Positions 1 through 9,386 of a stretch of DNA of 64,000 nucleotides are shown here, one piece after another. Source of the stretch: Candidatus Aerophobota bacterium (GTDB taxonomy: Bacteria; Aerophobota; Aerophobia; Aerophobales; JAGGXI01); assembly GCA_021163155.1 (NCBI GenBank), contig JAGGXI010000014.1:2539-66538 (forward strand), given 5' to 3'. The notes beneath the pieces were generated by a model. It saw nothing but the letters and a program-made list of their open reading frames with translations. It was not told the origin of the DNA and searched no databases. The position numbers and the translations under genes were made by a program. Position 1 is the first letter of the stretch. Every line of letters starts with the position of its first letter.

Positions 1-142
1 TTCCTGAAACCTTTTTATCTCTTTTTCTACCTCTTCTTCTTTTATTTTGTATTCTAAAATACAAAAATCCTCTTTTTCTAAAATATATACTTTTCCTATG
101 GTTATTCCTGGAGAAGCAGGTATGCCTGTAAGCATTTTTATT
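1..142 (-). CDS. N-terminal 47 codons of a PEP-utilizing enzyme (enzyme I/PtsI-like); the gene runs off the left edge
   Basis: Reverse translation of 1-142 gives MLTGIPASPGITIGKVYILEKEDF..., the classic GIPASPGIxIGK N-terminus of PEP-utilizing enzymes. The ATG lies at 140-142 on the reverse strand. Below the ORF-track size cut-off. Confidence 0.5.
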
Positions 143-186
143 TCTCCTGTTATAAATATTTATTTCTTTTGTAATTGGTAGCCGCA

Positions 187-260
187 GGATTTATATCCTG
201 CGTTTTATGTAATAATCTTCTATCTACGCAACTTAAAAGTTGCGGCTACCATATTTCCCT
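187..260. repeat. Short double-hairpin element flanked by ggtagccgc...gcggctacc; related to the MITE-like family at 19.8/48.3/59.1 kb
   Basis: ggtagccgcaggatttatatcctgcg...gcaacttaaaagttgcggctacc. Two internal palindromes (cgcagga/tcctgcg and gcaact/agttgc) are bracketed by inverted ggtagccgc/gcggctacc ends. Confidence 0.5.
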
Positions 261-281
261 GTGTTTTGTCTTCTCTTTCTT

Positions 282-1625
282 TCATTTATATTTAGGTTTA
301 AATAAATTTAAAGAGAAAAGCCTTAGAACTTCCCCCGCTAAATAGACTGAGCCGGTAACACAAATTATATCTTTGCATTCAACCGAAGATAAGGCATACG
401 GAAGAGCATCAGTTACCCTATTTTTAATCACTATTTTACGAGGAGAGAAATCTTTTGTTCTTTTTTTTATCTCCTCAGGTTCCATTGCTCTCGGATTGTT
501 TACTTTAGTGAGCACAATCTCATCTACTAAAGGAAAGAGAAGCTTTCCCATTCCTTCTATATCTTTATTCTTTGAAACACCCATAATCAAGATGATTTTT
601 CTTGCTTGAGAGATTTTTCTCAAGAAATTTGCCAGTGTCTGCACCGAAGCCGTATTATGTGCACAATCTACAATAAAAAGGGGATTTCTAAATAAAATCT
701 GAATTCTACCTGGCCATTTTACTTTTCTTATTCCCTCTATAATAGCTTTCCGAGGGATAAAGATTTCATAGCCTCTAAGTAACTCTATCGCTCCTACAGC
801 TGTAGATGCATTTATAAGCTGATGTTTACCTAATAGAGGGCTAAATAAATGTGGATAAAATCGTCTTTCTGTTTTTACCTGAAAGCTTTCTCCTTTTAGA
901 CTACTTTTTATTTCCTTAAATTTAATTTCTTTGCCTACTTTATACAGATGAGCTCTTTTCTTCTTGCAAGTTTCTTTAATTACTGAGAGGGCTTCTTCCT
1001 TCTGAGGAGAAGTTATAACCTTTGAGCCCTCTTTAATAATACCGCTTTTTTCTCTGGCTATGGAAGTTAAGTCATTTCCCAATTCTCTCATATGGTCAAA
1101 GCTTATCTGAGTAATTATACTCACCAATGGATGAGTGATAATATTAGTAGCGTCTAACCTTCCTCCTAAACCTACTTCAAGAACAGCTAAATCTACCTTT
1201 TTATAGAAGAAATAAAGAAAGGCAATCGCTGTATATACCTCAAAAAAAGTGGGCAATAGAGAATGGTCAAAGGAGTCTATACTCGATTTTATCTGAAATG
1301 TAAAGCGAGCAAATTCTTTTTTCTCAATCGGTTTCTCTCCTATCTTTATTCTCTCACAAGCATTGATCAAATGAGGAGAGGTATACAATCCTACCTTAAG
1401 ATTGGCTGCATTTAAGATTGAAGCAATTATGGCTGCGGTAGAACCCTTGCCCTTAGTGCCAGCTATATGGATAACTTTTAAGTTTTGCTGGGGATTGCCT
1501 AATAAATTTAAAAGATGCTCCATCCTTTGGAGATTCAGGTGTCTTTTATCATACGGGGAAAACGCTCTCTTCTCATAGTTAATTAGGGAATCTATATATT
1601 TTAAAGCCTGAGCATAAGAAAACAT
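282..1625 (-). CDS. folC: Folylpolyglutamate synthase / dihydrofolate synthase
   Basis: 447-aa ORF with the IAGTKGKGST P-loop and a Mur-ligase-like central and C-terminal domain typical of FolC. It sits in an operon with glyA and purH. Confidence 0.9.
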   Translation of the reverse strand: MFSYAQALKYIDSLINYEKRAFSPYDKRHLNLQRMEHLLNLLGNPQQNLKVIHIAGTKGKGSTAAIIASILNAANLKVGLYTSPHLINACERIKIGEKPIEKKEFARFTFQIKSSIDSFDHSLLPTFFEVYTAIAFLYFFYKKVDLAVLEVGLGGRLDATNIITHPLVSIITQISFDHMRELGNDLTSIAREKSGIIKEGSKVITSPQKEEALSVIKETCKKKRAHLYKVGKEIKFKEIKSSLKGESFQVKTERRFYPHLFSPLLGKHQLINASTAVGAIELLRGYEIFIPRKAIIEGIRKVKWPGRIQILFRNPLFIVDCAHNTASVQTLANFLRKISQARKIILIMGVSKNKDIEGMGKLLFPLVDEIVLTKVNNPRAMEPEEIKKRTKDFSPRKIVIKNRVTDALPYALSSVECKDIICVTGSVYLAGEVLRLFSLNLFKPKYK

Positions 1626-1629
1626 AAAA

Positions 1630-2877
1630 TTATTTCAATCCCTCATAAATAGGGAATTCCTTACAAATTTCTTCCACTTCTTTCTTAATCTTTCTTCTAA
1701 TATTTCTATCATGGGGATTATATAAAATTTTACTTATCCATTCTCCAATCAATCTCATTTCTGAGTTTCCCATTCCCCTCGTAGTAAGAGCAGGGGTTCC
1801 CGGTCTTATACCTGAAGTAATAGAAGGAGGTTTTTTATCAAAAGGTATGCTGTTTTTGTTAACGATTATTCCTGCCTCTTCTAAAATAGTAGCTGCTTTA
1901 TCTCCTGTTATATCTTTATCTGAGAGGTCTACGAGCATAAGATGATTATCTGTCCCCCCAGAGACCAATCTAAATTCTTCATTTTTTAAAGTTTCTGCTA
2001 ATGTTTTGGCGTTAGAAATGATTTGCTTCTGGTAATCTTTGAATTCTGGCTGACAGGCTTCTTTAAAGCATAATGCTTTAGCTGCTATAACATGCATAAA
2101 AGGACCTCCTTGCGTTCCAGGGAAAATAGCTTTATCTATGGAGGAAGCATACTTTTTTTTGCATATAATTAGCCCTCCCCGAGGACCACGTAGAGTTTTC
2201 TGGGTAGTAGCCGTAATTACATCAGCATAAGGAACAGGGTCTGGATGCACACCAGCAGCTATTAAACCTATAATATGTGCCATATCAGCCAAAAGATATG
2301 CTCCTACTTCATCAGCAATTTTTCTCCAGGGACGAAAATCTATTGCTCGGGGATAAGCACTTGCTCCTACTATTATTAGTTGTGGATGGGTTAACTTAGC
2401 TATTCGTTCAATCTCCTCGTAATTAAATGTTTCTGAATCTCTATCCAATCCATAATTAATTATCTGGTAATGGTTATAAGTAAAGGTTCCCTTTCCCCCA
2501 TGAGAGAGATGTCCTCCATGGAATAAGTTTAAGGATAATATTTTATCTCCCGGTTTTAGCAATGCTTGATAAACAGCCATATTGGCTCCTGTTCCTGAGT
2601 GTACCTGCACGTTGATATGTTCACCTTTAAAGAGTTGCTTTGCTCTCTCAATAGCTAATTTCTCTATTTTATCTGCAGTTTTACATCCCTGATAATATCT
2701 TTTCCCAGGATATCCTTCTGCGTATTTATTGTTTAAAACAGAGCTTTGTGCTTCAAGGATAGCTCTGCTGGGATAATTTTCTGAAGGAATAAGAGTAAGA
2801 GTATTTTGTTGACGCTCTATTTCCTCCTGGAGTATCTCTTTTACTTCAAGGTCAATTTCACTTAATAAAATAGTCAT
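1630..2877 (-). CDS. glyA: Serine hydroxymethyltransferase
   Basis: 415-aa ORF with the SHMT signature region (HGGHLSHG; TTHKTLRGPRGG-like PLP lysine region) and full-length similarity to GlyA. Confidence 0.95.
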   Translation of the reverse strand: MTILLSEIDLEVKEILQEEIERQQNTLTLIPSENYPSRAILEAQSSVLNNKYAEGYPGKRYYQGCKTADKIEKLAIERAKQLFKGEHINVQVHSGTGANMAVYQALLKPGDKILSLNLFHGGHLSHGGKGTFTYNHYQIINYGLDRDSETFNYEEIERIAKLTHPQLIIVGASAYPRAIDFRPWRKIADEVGAYLLADMAHIIGLIAAGVHPDPVPYADVITATTQKTLRGPRGGLIICKKKYASSIDKAIFPGTQGGPFMHVIAAKALCFKEACQPEFKDYQKQIISNAKTLAETLKNEEFRLVSGGTDNHLMLVDLSDKDITGDKAATILEEAGIIVNKNSIPFDKKPPSITSGIRPGTPALTTRGMGNSEMRLIGEWISKILYNPHDRNIRRKIKKEVEEICKEFPIYEGLK

Positions 2878-2898
2878 TAGTTTAACTCCTGCTTTTTA

Positions 2899-4470
2899 TT
2901 AATGTCTAAAATGTCTTATACCTGTAAATAGCATAGCTATATTATATTTATCGGCGGTTTTTATTGATTCCTTATCTCTCAGGGATCCGCCAGGCTGAAT
3001 GATAGCTGTTATTCCCGCTTTTCCCGCCTTCTCTACTACATCTGCAAAAGGGAAGAAAGCATCCGAAGCTAAGCAGGAACCTTCTGCTTTTTCACCCGCT
3101 TTCCTGATAGCAATAAGACAGGAGTCTATACGACTCATTTGTCCTGCCCCTACTCCTGTCACTGTTCTATTCTTTGAGAGAACAATAGCATTTGATTTTA
3201 CATGTTTACAGATTATCCAGGAGAATAATAACTCTTCTTTCTCTTCTTTAGTGGGTTCTCTTCTAGTAACTGTCTTTAGTTTTTCAGGAATATAAGTGAT
3301 AGCGTCTTTTTTTTGTAAAAGAATACCTCCTTCTATTCCCTTGATATCCCAACTATCTTCTTCCTCCCGACTTATGGAAAGGGGGCCTGTTTTTAAAATG
3401 GCTACTTTCTTCCCCCATTTTTGTCTAACTTTTATGATTTTTAGCGCTTCTTTATCATAATCGGGAGCAATTATTCCCTGAACAAAAGTGTTGGGAGAGG
3501 CTATTCTTTCAGCGGTGGTTTTGTCCATTACTCTATTTAATCCTATAATACATCCAAAAGCAGATAAAGGGTCCCCTGTATAAGCTTTTTTAAAGGCTTC
3601 CTCTATTGTAGAAGCACACCCTGCCCCACAGGGATTTGTATGTTTCATTACCACCGCCGCAGGCTCTTTAAATTCTTTTACTATTCTTAAGGCAGCATCC
3701 AGGTCTAATAAATTATTAAATGATAGCTCTTTTCCAGATATTTTTTGAGCAGAAGAGAGAGTGTCTCTCTTTTTTCTTAATTCTCTATAAAATGCAGCTC
3801 TCTGATGAGGATTTTCTCCATAGTTAAGCTCTTTTCCTTTATTATAGTTTAGACTTAATATCTGAGGAAATTCTTTTTCTTTTTTCTTTTGGAAGTAGTT
3901 AGTAATAAAATTGTCATAAATACTGGTTTTCTGAAAAACATTGATAGCTAAATTAAAAGATGTCTTTTCGCTTAAGGAAGAGTTATTTTCTTTTAGCTCT
4001 TTAATAATTTGTGAATATTGAGAAGGGTCACTTACCGCTGCCACATAAGGAAAATTCTTTGCTGCTGAGCGAAGCATAGTAGGGCCACCAATATCAATAT
4101 TTTCTAAAACCTCTTTTATTTCTATTTTTTCTTTATTAACAATTTTTTCAAAAGGATAAAAATTTACTACTACCATATCAATAAGTTCTATGTTATGCTT
4201 TTTTATTTCGTTCATTTGCTCAGGTACATCTCTTAAGGCAAGTAAGGATGCATGAATTTTAGGATGCAGTGTTTTTACCCTACCAGCTAACATAGAGGGG
4301 CTGCCTGTATATTCAGATACTTCTTTTACAGAAATCTTTGCTTCTTTAAGGATTTTAGCTGTTCCTCCTGTAGAGAGAATCTCTATTCCTAAAGTTGTTA
4401 GTCCTTGGGCAAAATCAACTATTCCTTTTTTATCGGAAACACTAATTAAGGCTCTTTTAATTTTAGGCAT
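2899..4470 (-). CDS. purH: Bifunctional AICAR transformylase / IMP cyclohydrolase
   Basis: 523-aa ORF. N-terminal MGS-like domain (ALISVSDKKG...LSTGGTAK) and C-terminal AICARFT domain. Confidence 0.95.
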   Translation of the reverse strand: MPKIKRALISVSDKKGIVDFAQGLTTLGIEILSTGGTAKILKEAKISVKEVSEYTGSPSMLAGRVKTLHPKIHASLLALRDVPEQMNEIKKHNIELIDMVVVNFYPFEKIVNKEKIEIKEVLENIDIGGPTMLRSAAKNFPYVAAVSDPSQYSQIIKELKENNSSLSEKTSFNLAINVFQKTSIYDNFITNYFQKKKEKEFPQILSLNYNKGKELNYGENPHQRAAFYRELRKKRDTLSSAQKISGKELSFNNLLDLDAALRIVKEFKEPAAVVMKHTNPCGAGCASTIEEAFKKAYTGDPLSAFGCIIGLNRVMDKTTAERIASPNTFVQGIIAPDYDKEALKIIKVRQKWGKKVAILKTGPLSISREEEDSWDIKGIEGGILLQKKDAITYIPEKLKTVTRREPTKEEKEELLFSWIICKHVKSNAIVLSKNRTVTGVGAGQMSRIDSCLIAIRKAGEKAEGSCLASDAFFPFADVVEKAGKAGITAIIQPGGSLRDKESIKTADKYNIAMLFTGIRHFRH

Positions 4471-4548
4471 TCCTGATTTCTCCTGCTGTGTTCTTTTTCT
4501 TATTTACAATATAGCAATTTTTTCCTTTTAGTCAAATTTAGATAAAAT

Positions 4549-4577
4549 TTGACATTAAAGAGAATCGGCAGTAAAAT
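4549..4577 (+). promoter_or_regulatory. Sigma-70-like promoter candidate for the dipeptidase gene
   Basis: ttgaca (4549-4554), 17-nt spacer, taaaat (4572-4577), about 60 nt upstream of the 4640 start. Lies in the divergent purH/dipeptidase intergenic region. Confidence 0.4.
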
Positions 4578-4639
4578 TGAAATATTAAAGCTAATTAGGG
4601 ACAGAGAGTAGGTTAAAAAATTTTAATGGAGGTAGTTAA

Positions 4640-5695
4640 TTGATATTATCAAATGAAAGAATAAATAAACAAGTAAGCACAATTTTAGAAAGAGCAACGA
4701 TTATAGATGCACATTTTGACCTTTTATATGATGTAGTTAAACAAAGGCAGTATGGACACAAAAAAGTTATAGAAACCGATCATTTACCTAACTTTATTAA
4801 AGGTGGAGTAAATATAGTTGTGTCCTCCATATTTATAGATGATGAGTTTTTACCTGAGATGGCTTTAAGAAAGGCTCTTAACCAAATTAGCGCCTTGTAT
4901 GCTGAGATTGATGAATCTCCAGATAAAATAATGCTTTGTAAAAACTATGAAGACATAAACAAGGCAATAAATGAAGGAAAAGTGGGAATTTTGCTCTCTT
5001 TTGAAGGTGTAACACCTCTTTATAATGATTTAAGTCTTTTAAGAATCTTTTATGAATTAGGAGTGAGAGCTATTGGATTAACCTGGAGTAGGAGAAATTA
5101 CGCTGGGGATGGATGTCATTTTAGTCCAACTCGTGAAGGTAAAAGGGGTGGAATAACAGATTTTGGTGTGCAGTTAATTGAATCAGCTGAAGATTTAGGT
5201 ATGTTTATAGATGTTAGTCACTTAAACGATGAAGGATTTTGGGATGTAATGGAAATAGCAAAAAAACCTGTAATAGCGTCTCATTCAAATTGCCGAGCTT
5301 TAGTAGATACAAAAAGAAATCTTACAGATAAACAGATTAAAGCCATAGCCTCCAAAAGTGGAGTTATTGGAATGAATGCTCTCAATGTATTTACAACAAA
5401 TGATGATAAAGAAGCAAATGTAGAGTCTTTAATAAATCATGTTGACCATATTGTAAAATTGGTTGGAATTGAGTATGTTGGAATTGGTTTTGATTTTTGT
5501 GATAAACTTAAACAATATGACCCACCAGAAGCATCGGATTCCCTATCCCGTGAATTTTTCGATATATTAAAAGGATATAAAGAGGTTAATAAATTTGTTC
5601 GGGCATTAATAGAAAGAGGTTATAAGGACGAAGAAATAAAGCTAATATTGGGAAAGAATTTTATGAGAGTTTATAAAGAGATATTAAAGCAATGA
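4640..5695 (+). CDS. Membrane dipeptidase (peptidase family M19, renal-dipeptidase-like)
   Basis: 351-aa ORF with a TTG start after GGAGG. Contains the DAHFDLL, HSNCRAL and DFCD metal-ligand regions characteristic of M19 dipeptidases. Confidence 0.85.
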   Translation: MILSNERINKQVSTILERATIIDAHFDLLYDVVKQRQYGHKKVIETDHLPNFIKGGVNIVVSSIFIDDEFLPEMALRKALNQISALYAEIDESPDKIMLCKNYEDINKAINEGKVGILLSFEGVTPLYNDLSLLRIFYELGVRAIGLTWSRRNYAGDGCHFSPTREGKRGGITDFGVQLIESAEDLGMFIDVSHLNDEGFWDVMEIAKKPVIASHSNCRALVDTKRNLTDKQIKAIASKSGVIGMNALNVFTTNDDKEANVESLINHVDHIVKLVGIEYVGIGFDFCDKLKQYDPPEASDSLSREFFDILKGYKEVNKFVRALIERGYKDEEIKLILGKNFMRVYKEILKQ

Positions 5696-5833
5696 ATTAA
5701 AGATAATTACAATATAATCTGGAGTAATTTTTAATTATTTACACCTCTTCAATGTAAATATGCTCTATCCAGAAAAAATTATTCCTTACTCCCGGAAGGA
5801 CAATAAATATTACAACGAAAAGAGCAATCTAGC

Positions 5834-7288
5834 ATGAACGAATTGGAAGAACAAATATTCGAAGCAAAGAAGAATGGATTAAGCGACCAGGAAATTGGTG
5901 AAAAATATAATGTTAACTTACGTTTTATTGAAAAGGTTATAACAAAGTATTTAGGAGTAAATGTATCAAGTCCTACTCCGAATAAAAAAGTAAAAATGTT
6001 ACAACCTAAAAAATTTACATTGGAAACAACTACAGTTTGGAGTTTTAAATCGAGGGGAAATTGGGCAACACATAATGGTAATTATAGAGGTAATTGGTCT
6101 CCTTATGTTCCTCGAAATATAATACTGAGATACTCTAAAGAAAATGAGTTGGTACTGGATTGCTTTTGTGGTGCTGGTACCACCGGGGTTGAGTGTAAGT
6201 TAACCAATAGAAACTTTATTGGTATCGACATAAATCCAAATGCAATAGTGTTGGCTAAAGAGAATATTGATTTCCCGATTTATGGAACGCTATCTGGAAG
6301 ATATACATCACCCAAAATTATTTTTAATGTGGGAGACGCAAAAGATTTATCTTTTATTGATGATGAATCAATTGATTTGATTTGTACCCATCCACCATAT
6401 GCCAATATAATTCATTATACAGATAATCACAAACAGGATCTTTCTTTTTGTAATTTAAATGACTTTTTAGAGGAGATGTCTAAAGTAGCAAAAGGAAATT
6501 ATCGAGTGTTAAAAGAGGGCAGATATTGCGCTGTGCTAATAGGGGATATGAGAAAAAAGAAGCACATTATCCCTTTAGGATTCTGGTTGATTAATGTTTA
6601 CCTGAAGAATGGTTTTTCTCTTAAAGAGTTGGTGATCAAAAGACAGCATAACTGTAAAACCACAGGGTTCTGGTATAAAAACAGTATAAAATATAACTTT
6701 CTTTTATTGGCACATGAATACCTCGCTATTTTTAAGAAGTGTTCATCTAAACAGGAACAGATGATTGAAGTGCCCGACCAGTCATCCTTCAAATCTATTA
6801 GTACTGCCCTCAAACCTATGAGTATCGAAAAATTGGAATCAACTACAGTATGGATTTTTGGCAATAAAAACTGGCATGAAAGAACCATTCAAAACCTTAT
6901 TAAACGGTACGATGTCGATGATTATAACATAATTAATGGGATCACCGAATTGCGTAAATTGAGTGCATCAAATAGGCGTTATTCATTACTCGTACTCACT
7001 TGTACTACTCTCAAGTGTTTTCAAGAATTTTGTAATAGCACAGATGAGATTGTAAATTACGTTCATGATGACGGATATCTAACAATAATCTGCAGTGACA
7101 TTCGTTTAAAGGATGGGACAATATACCCTCTGGGTATAAAGGTTGAAAGTTATCTTAGGAATAGAAATGACTTGAAGATAAAAGAGATTGTAATGATCTC
7201 TCTTGAAAATGATGGATGCAAAATAGATATAGATAGTAAAGATAATCTAATTATTTCACATAAATATTTGCTCATATATCATATATGA
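5834..7288 (+). CDS. Amino-DNA methyltransferase (N6-adenine or N4-cytosine) with an N-terminal HTH-like segment, rearranged motif order and a degenerate duplicated C-terminal half
   Basis: SAM motif I LVLDCFCGAGTTG (aa about 108-120) is followed by a ParB/MTase-like IGIDINP region. Catalytic motif IV, THPPY, lies downstream at aa about 186. A TTVWSF...HN...P...R segment precedes motif I and a second STTVWIF...WHER segment occurs at aa about 335. N-terminus LSDQEIGEKYNVNLRFIEKV is HTH-like. Confidence 0.8.
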   Translation: MNELEEQIFEAKKNGLSDQEIGEKYNVNLRFIEKVITKYLGVNVSSPTPNKKVKMLQPKKFTLETTTVWSFKSRGNWATHNGNYRGNWSPYVPRNIILRYSKENELVLDCFCGAGTTGVECKLTNRNFIGIDINPNAIVLAKENIDFPIYGTLSGRYTSPKIIFNVGDAKDLSFIDDESIDLICTHPPYANIIHYTDNHKQDLSFCNLNDFLEEMSKVAKGNYRVLKEGRYCAVLIGDMRKKKHIIPLGFWLINVYLKNGFSLKELVIKRQHNCKTTGFWYKNSIKYNFLLLAHEYLAIFKKCSSKQEQMIEVPDQSSFKSISTALKPMSIEKLESTTVWIFGNKNWHERTIQNLIKRYDVDDYNIINGITELRKLSASNRRYSLLVLTCTTLKCFQEFCNSTDEIVNYVHDDGYLTIICSDIRLKDGTIYPLGIKVESYLRNRNDLKIKEIVMISLENDGCKIDIDSKDNLIISHKYLLIYHI

Positions 7289-7315
7289 AATAAATAGAGG
7301 AGAGAAATAATAGAC

Positions 7316-8446
7316 GTGAACGAAGAGAAGTATTATGATTTTGCATCTAAAATATCATTCTTTGAATTTATTCAAAGTGAATTCAAGAGGGCGGGGATCG
7401 CTATAAGGGAATTTGAAGAAGAATTGGATCAGTTAATGAATATAAAAAGGTGGAGTATTACCCATCTTTCAGATTATGTGAAAAAATTTCCGCGTAGCTT
7501 CATTATTTTTGAACAGATTTTTCAGCTGAAAAGGTTTACAAATGCCCAAATAATCCACTTTGTTTTTGATATTGATAAGTTAAATTCTAACAATCTAAAT
7601 GCCATTTATGAATACATGATTTTAAATCTAAAACATGATATAGAGTTTAGAAAGATATTCCTGGAATCAATAAGGAGCGGAATAAGTTATGATGATTTTA
7701 TTTCAAATGTGGATAGATATGATAAAAAATACCTGATTGCGATATTTAAACGAGCAATTTCTAAGCATGTTGATATGGTAATTAATAGGTTTAATATATT
7801 GGAGAAGCGTATTACAAAAAGTGAATTTGAAGATTTTTCTATAAGATTTTCTAACTATCTATTAGATAACCTACAGCTAAATGAAGCTCTTGCAACAATA
7901 AATGTTAAGAAATTTCTACAAAACAAAAGAATACCCATTGACACGAAAAGCCTTCATGGAAACTACCCAAAGATCAAAATAATAAAGATATTGAAGAGTA
8001 ATGGTTATACAAATATAGATAATATATTGGATAATAATGGAATTCGTACATTAAAACACGGTTTGCAACAACAAATTAGTACATTTTTGATTGACAATAA
8101 TAAAATATTTTGTACTGAACGTTATATAGATGGGATAATTAAGATAAAAGATAACAAACCAAAAAAGTTTGACCTGATAATATTTAGTGATTATAAACCC
8201 AAATATCTGTTTGAAATGAATTTCTATACAACATCAGGAACAAAGATTGGCATCAACCAGGATGAATACATTGACCTAAATAACTACATTCGGGAAAACT
8301 TTGATGATTTAGAATTTTATTGGATTACTGATGGAAATTACTGGTTGACAACTAATGGTAAAAATCGATATTTAAGTTTACTTAAATACTTTGAAAAGAT
8401 ATTTAACATCAATACATTTGAAGAGCATCTGGAAGATTTCAAGTAG
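7316..8446 (+). CDS. Hypothetical protein; candidate restriction-endonuclease partner of the upstream methyltransferase
   Basis: 376-aa ORF 27 nt downstream of the MTase gene, with GAGG at 7298-7301, 14 nt upstream of its GTG start. The C-terminal region KKFDLIIFSDYKPKYLFEMNF...TSGTK is loosely compatible with a PD-(D/E)xK core. No motif I can name with certainty. Confidence 0.55.
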   Translation: MNEEKYYDFASKISFFEFIQSEFKRAGIAIREFEEELDQLMNIKRWSITHLSDYVKKFPRSFIIFEQIFQLKRFTNAQIIHFVFDIDKLNSNNLNAIYEYMILNLKHDIEFRKIFLESIRSGISYDDFISNVDRYDKKYLIAIFKRAISKHVDMVINRFNILEKRITKSEFEDFSIRFSNYLLDNLQLNEALATINVKKFLQNKRIPIDTKSLHGNYPKIKIIKILKSNGYTNIDNILDNNGIRTLKHGLQQQISTFLIDNNKIFCTERYIDGIIKIKDNKPKKFDLIIFSDYKPKYLFEMNFYTTSGTKIGINQDEYIDLNNYIRENFDDLEFYWITDGNYWLTTNGKNRYLSLLKYFEKIFNINTFEEHLEDFK

Positions 8447-8454
8447 ATTGGAGA

Positions 8455-8700
8455 TGATAATGGTGAAGAAATGGGCACACGGCAAGAACATACGGGCAAT
8501 TCTGCAGAAACCCACAGACCCACAGGGTCTCTTTGTCTTATCCCTTCGGACTTTGGCCATATAACAGGTGGATATACGCTGGGTCTAACGCCCCGCCCTT
8601 CGGGATATTGCTTCCTTCGGTCGCAATGTCTGAAACATTTCAATGGAAGATACAGCTACTGGTACGGGAAGAGGTTAGGTTTATAGTAAAGATCGCCAAC
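8455..8700 (+). ncRNA. GC-rich (about 50% GC against about 33% background) segment of about 250 bp that looks like structured RNA; identity unknown, strand uncertain
   Basis: Sharp local GC jump in an intergenic gap. Three C(UUCG)G tetraloop-type motifs on the + strand (cccttcgga, ccttcggga, ccttcggtc). A perfect agaccc-aca-gggtct hairpin at about 8514-8531 and further short helices. No convincing ORF: overlapping ORFs are short, occur in several frames and lack an SD. Confidence 0.25.
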
Positions 8701-8725
8701 ATTAGGATTTTGATAGGATGTAAAT

Positions 8726-9373
8726 ATGCTTAAAGAAAACATAAAAGTTGCTAAAAAATTTAATATAGATATTCGTTTAATTGAAGAAAAAGTAGATATT
8801 CAGAAGAATATGGAGATTTTAGGCAATGATTTGACTTTTATTGGAACCAGGGAATATGAAAGGACTAAACATGTTCACAGATTGCATCCGTATCTTGGTA
8901 AATTTATCCCTCAATTAGTAGAAGTATTCTTAAAGAAATATTTTCAAAGAGGAGATACAATTCTTGATCCATTTTCTGGTTCAGGAACTACTCTAATTGA
9001 AGCAAATGCATTAGGAAAGAATGAAGAGAACTATTTCGATATAACAAGTGCGAAGCCAAACATGAAAGAATTTGTAGCTTTGAAATTAAAGCTTCTAAGA
9101 TGGACGGGTCTAAGATTAAGTCAAGATAAAGGCATTAAAGTTTTTACAAGACTTGCTATTCCTTATAATCCTTACCATCCTGAGCCTTACGAACGTTGGA
9201 CATTAAAGGGTTTATATGATTTAAAAAACAATGAGATCTTGGTTGGGAAAGAATTTTGGAACTTTGTTGCCAGCGATAATATTTACGAAGAATTATTAGA
9301 TGTGTTTCAAGAAGTAGGTGAAGAATTAAGAGAGGGCATTGATAAGAAATTTGCTGAGTTTAGAAGGGAATAA
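8726..9373 (+). CDS. Truncated amino-DNA methyltransferase: SAM-binding (motif X-I) module only, with no DPPY catalytic motif
   Basis: 215-aa ORF: HRLHPYLGKFIPQLVEVFLKKYFQRGDTILDPFSGSGTTLIEA matches the HPAxFPxeL...DPFxGSGTT block of beta-class N4/N6 MTases. No D/S/N-PP-Y/F motif anywhere in the ORF. Confidence 0.7.
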   Translation: MLKENIKVAKKFNIDIRLIEEKVDIQKNMEILGNDLTFIGTREYERTKHVHRLHPYLGKFIPQLVEVFLKKYFQRGDTILDPFSGSGTTLIEANALGKNEENYFDITSAKPNMKEFVALKLKLLRWTGLRLSQDKGIKVFTRLAIPYNPYHPEPYERWTLKGLYDLKNNEILVGKEFWNFVASDNIYEELLDVFQEVGEELREGIDKKFAEFRRE

Positions 9374-9386
9374 TTAAGTTGAGGTA

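Noticed and set aside
373-609. Many ORFs of 60-160 aa lying antisense within, or overlapping, well-supported genes. Examples: 373-609, 2999-3295, 6598-6888, 13497-13685, 15270-15524, 20580-21002, 22812-23228, 23636-24013, 25839-26501, 29998-30492, 36821-37295, 42141-42332, 44745-45052, 52212-52454, 53018-53888, 55202-55681, 56263-56761, 57655-57981, 59774-59998, 60676-61207, 62718-62942.
   Set aside because: These are shadow ORFs in AT-rich DNA opposite strongly supported genes. They have no SD, low-complexity or biased composition, and no recognisable motifs.
8455-8700. The GC-rich segment as RNase P RNA, tmRNA, 6S RNA or group II intron domain V.
   Set aside because: It lacks the universally conserved RNase P P4 (aaagtccgg / acagaa..) blocks, the tmRNA tag-reading frame and ..tccacca end, and the domain V consensus. 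It is also too short for RNase P or OLE RNA. It is kept only as an unclassified ncRNA candidate.
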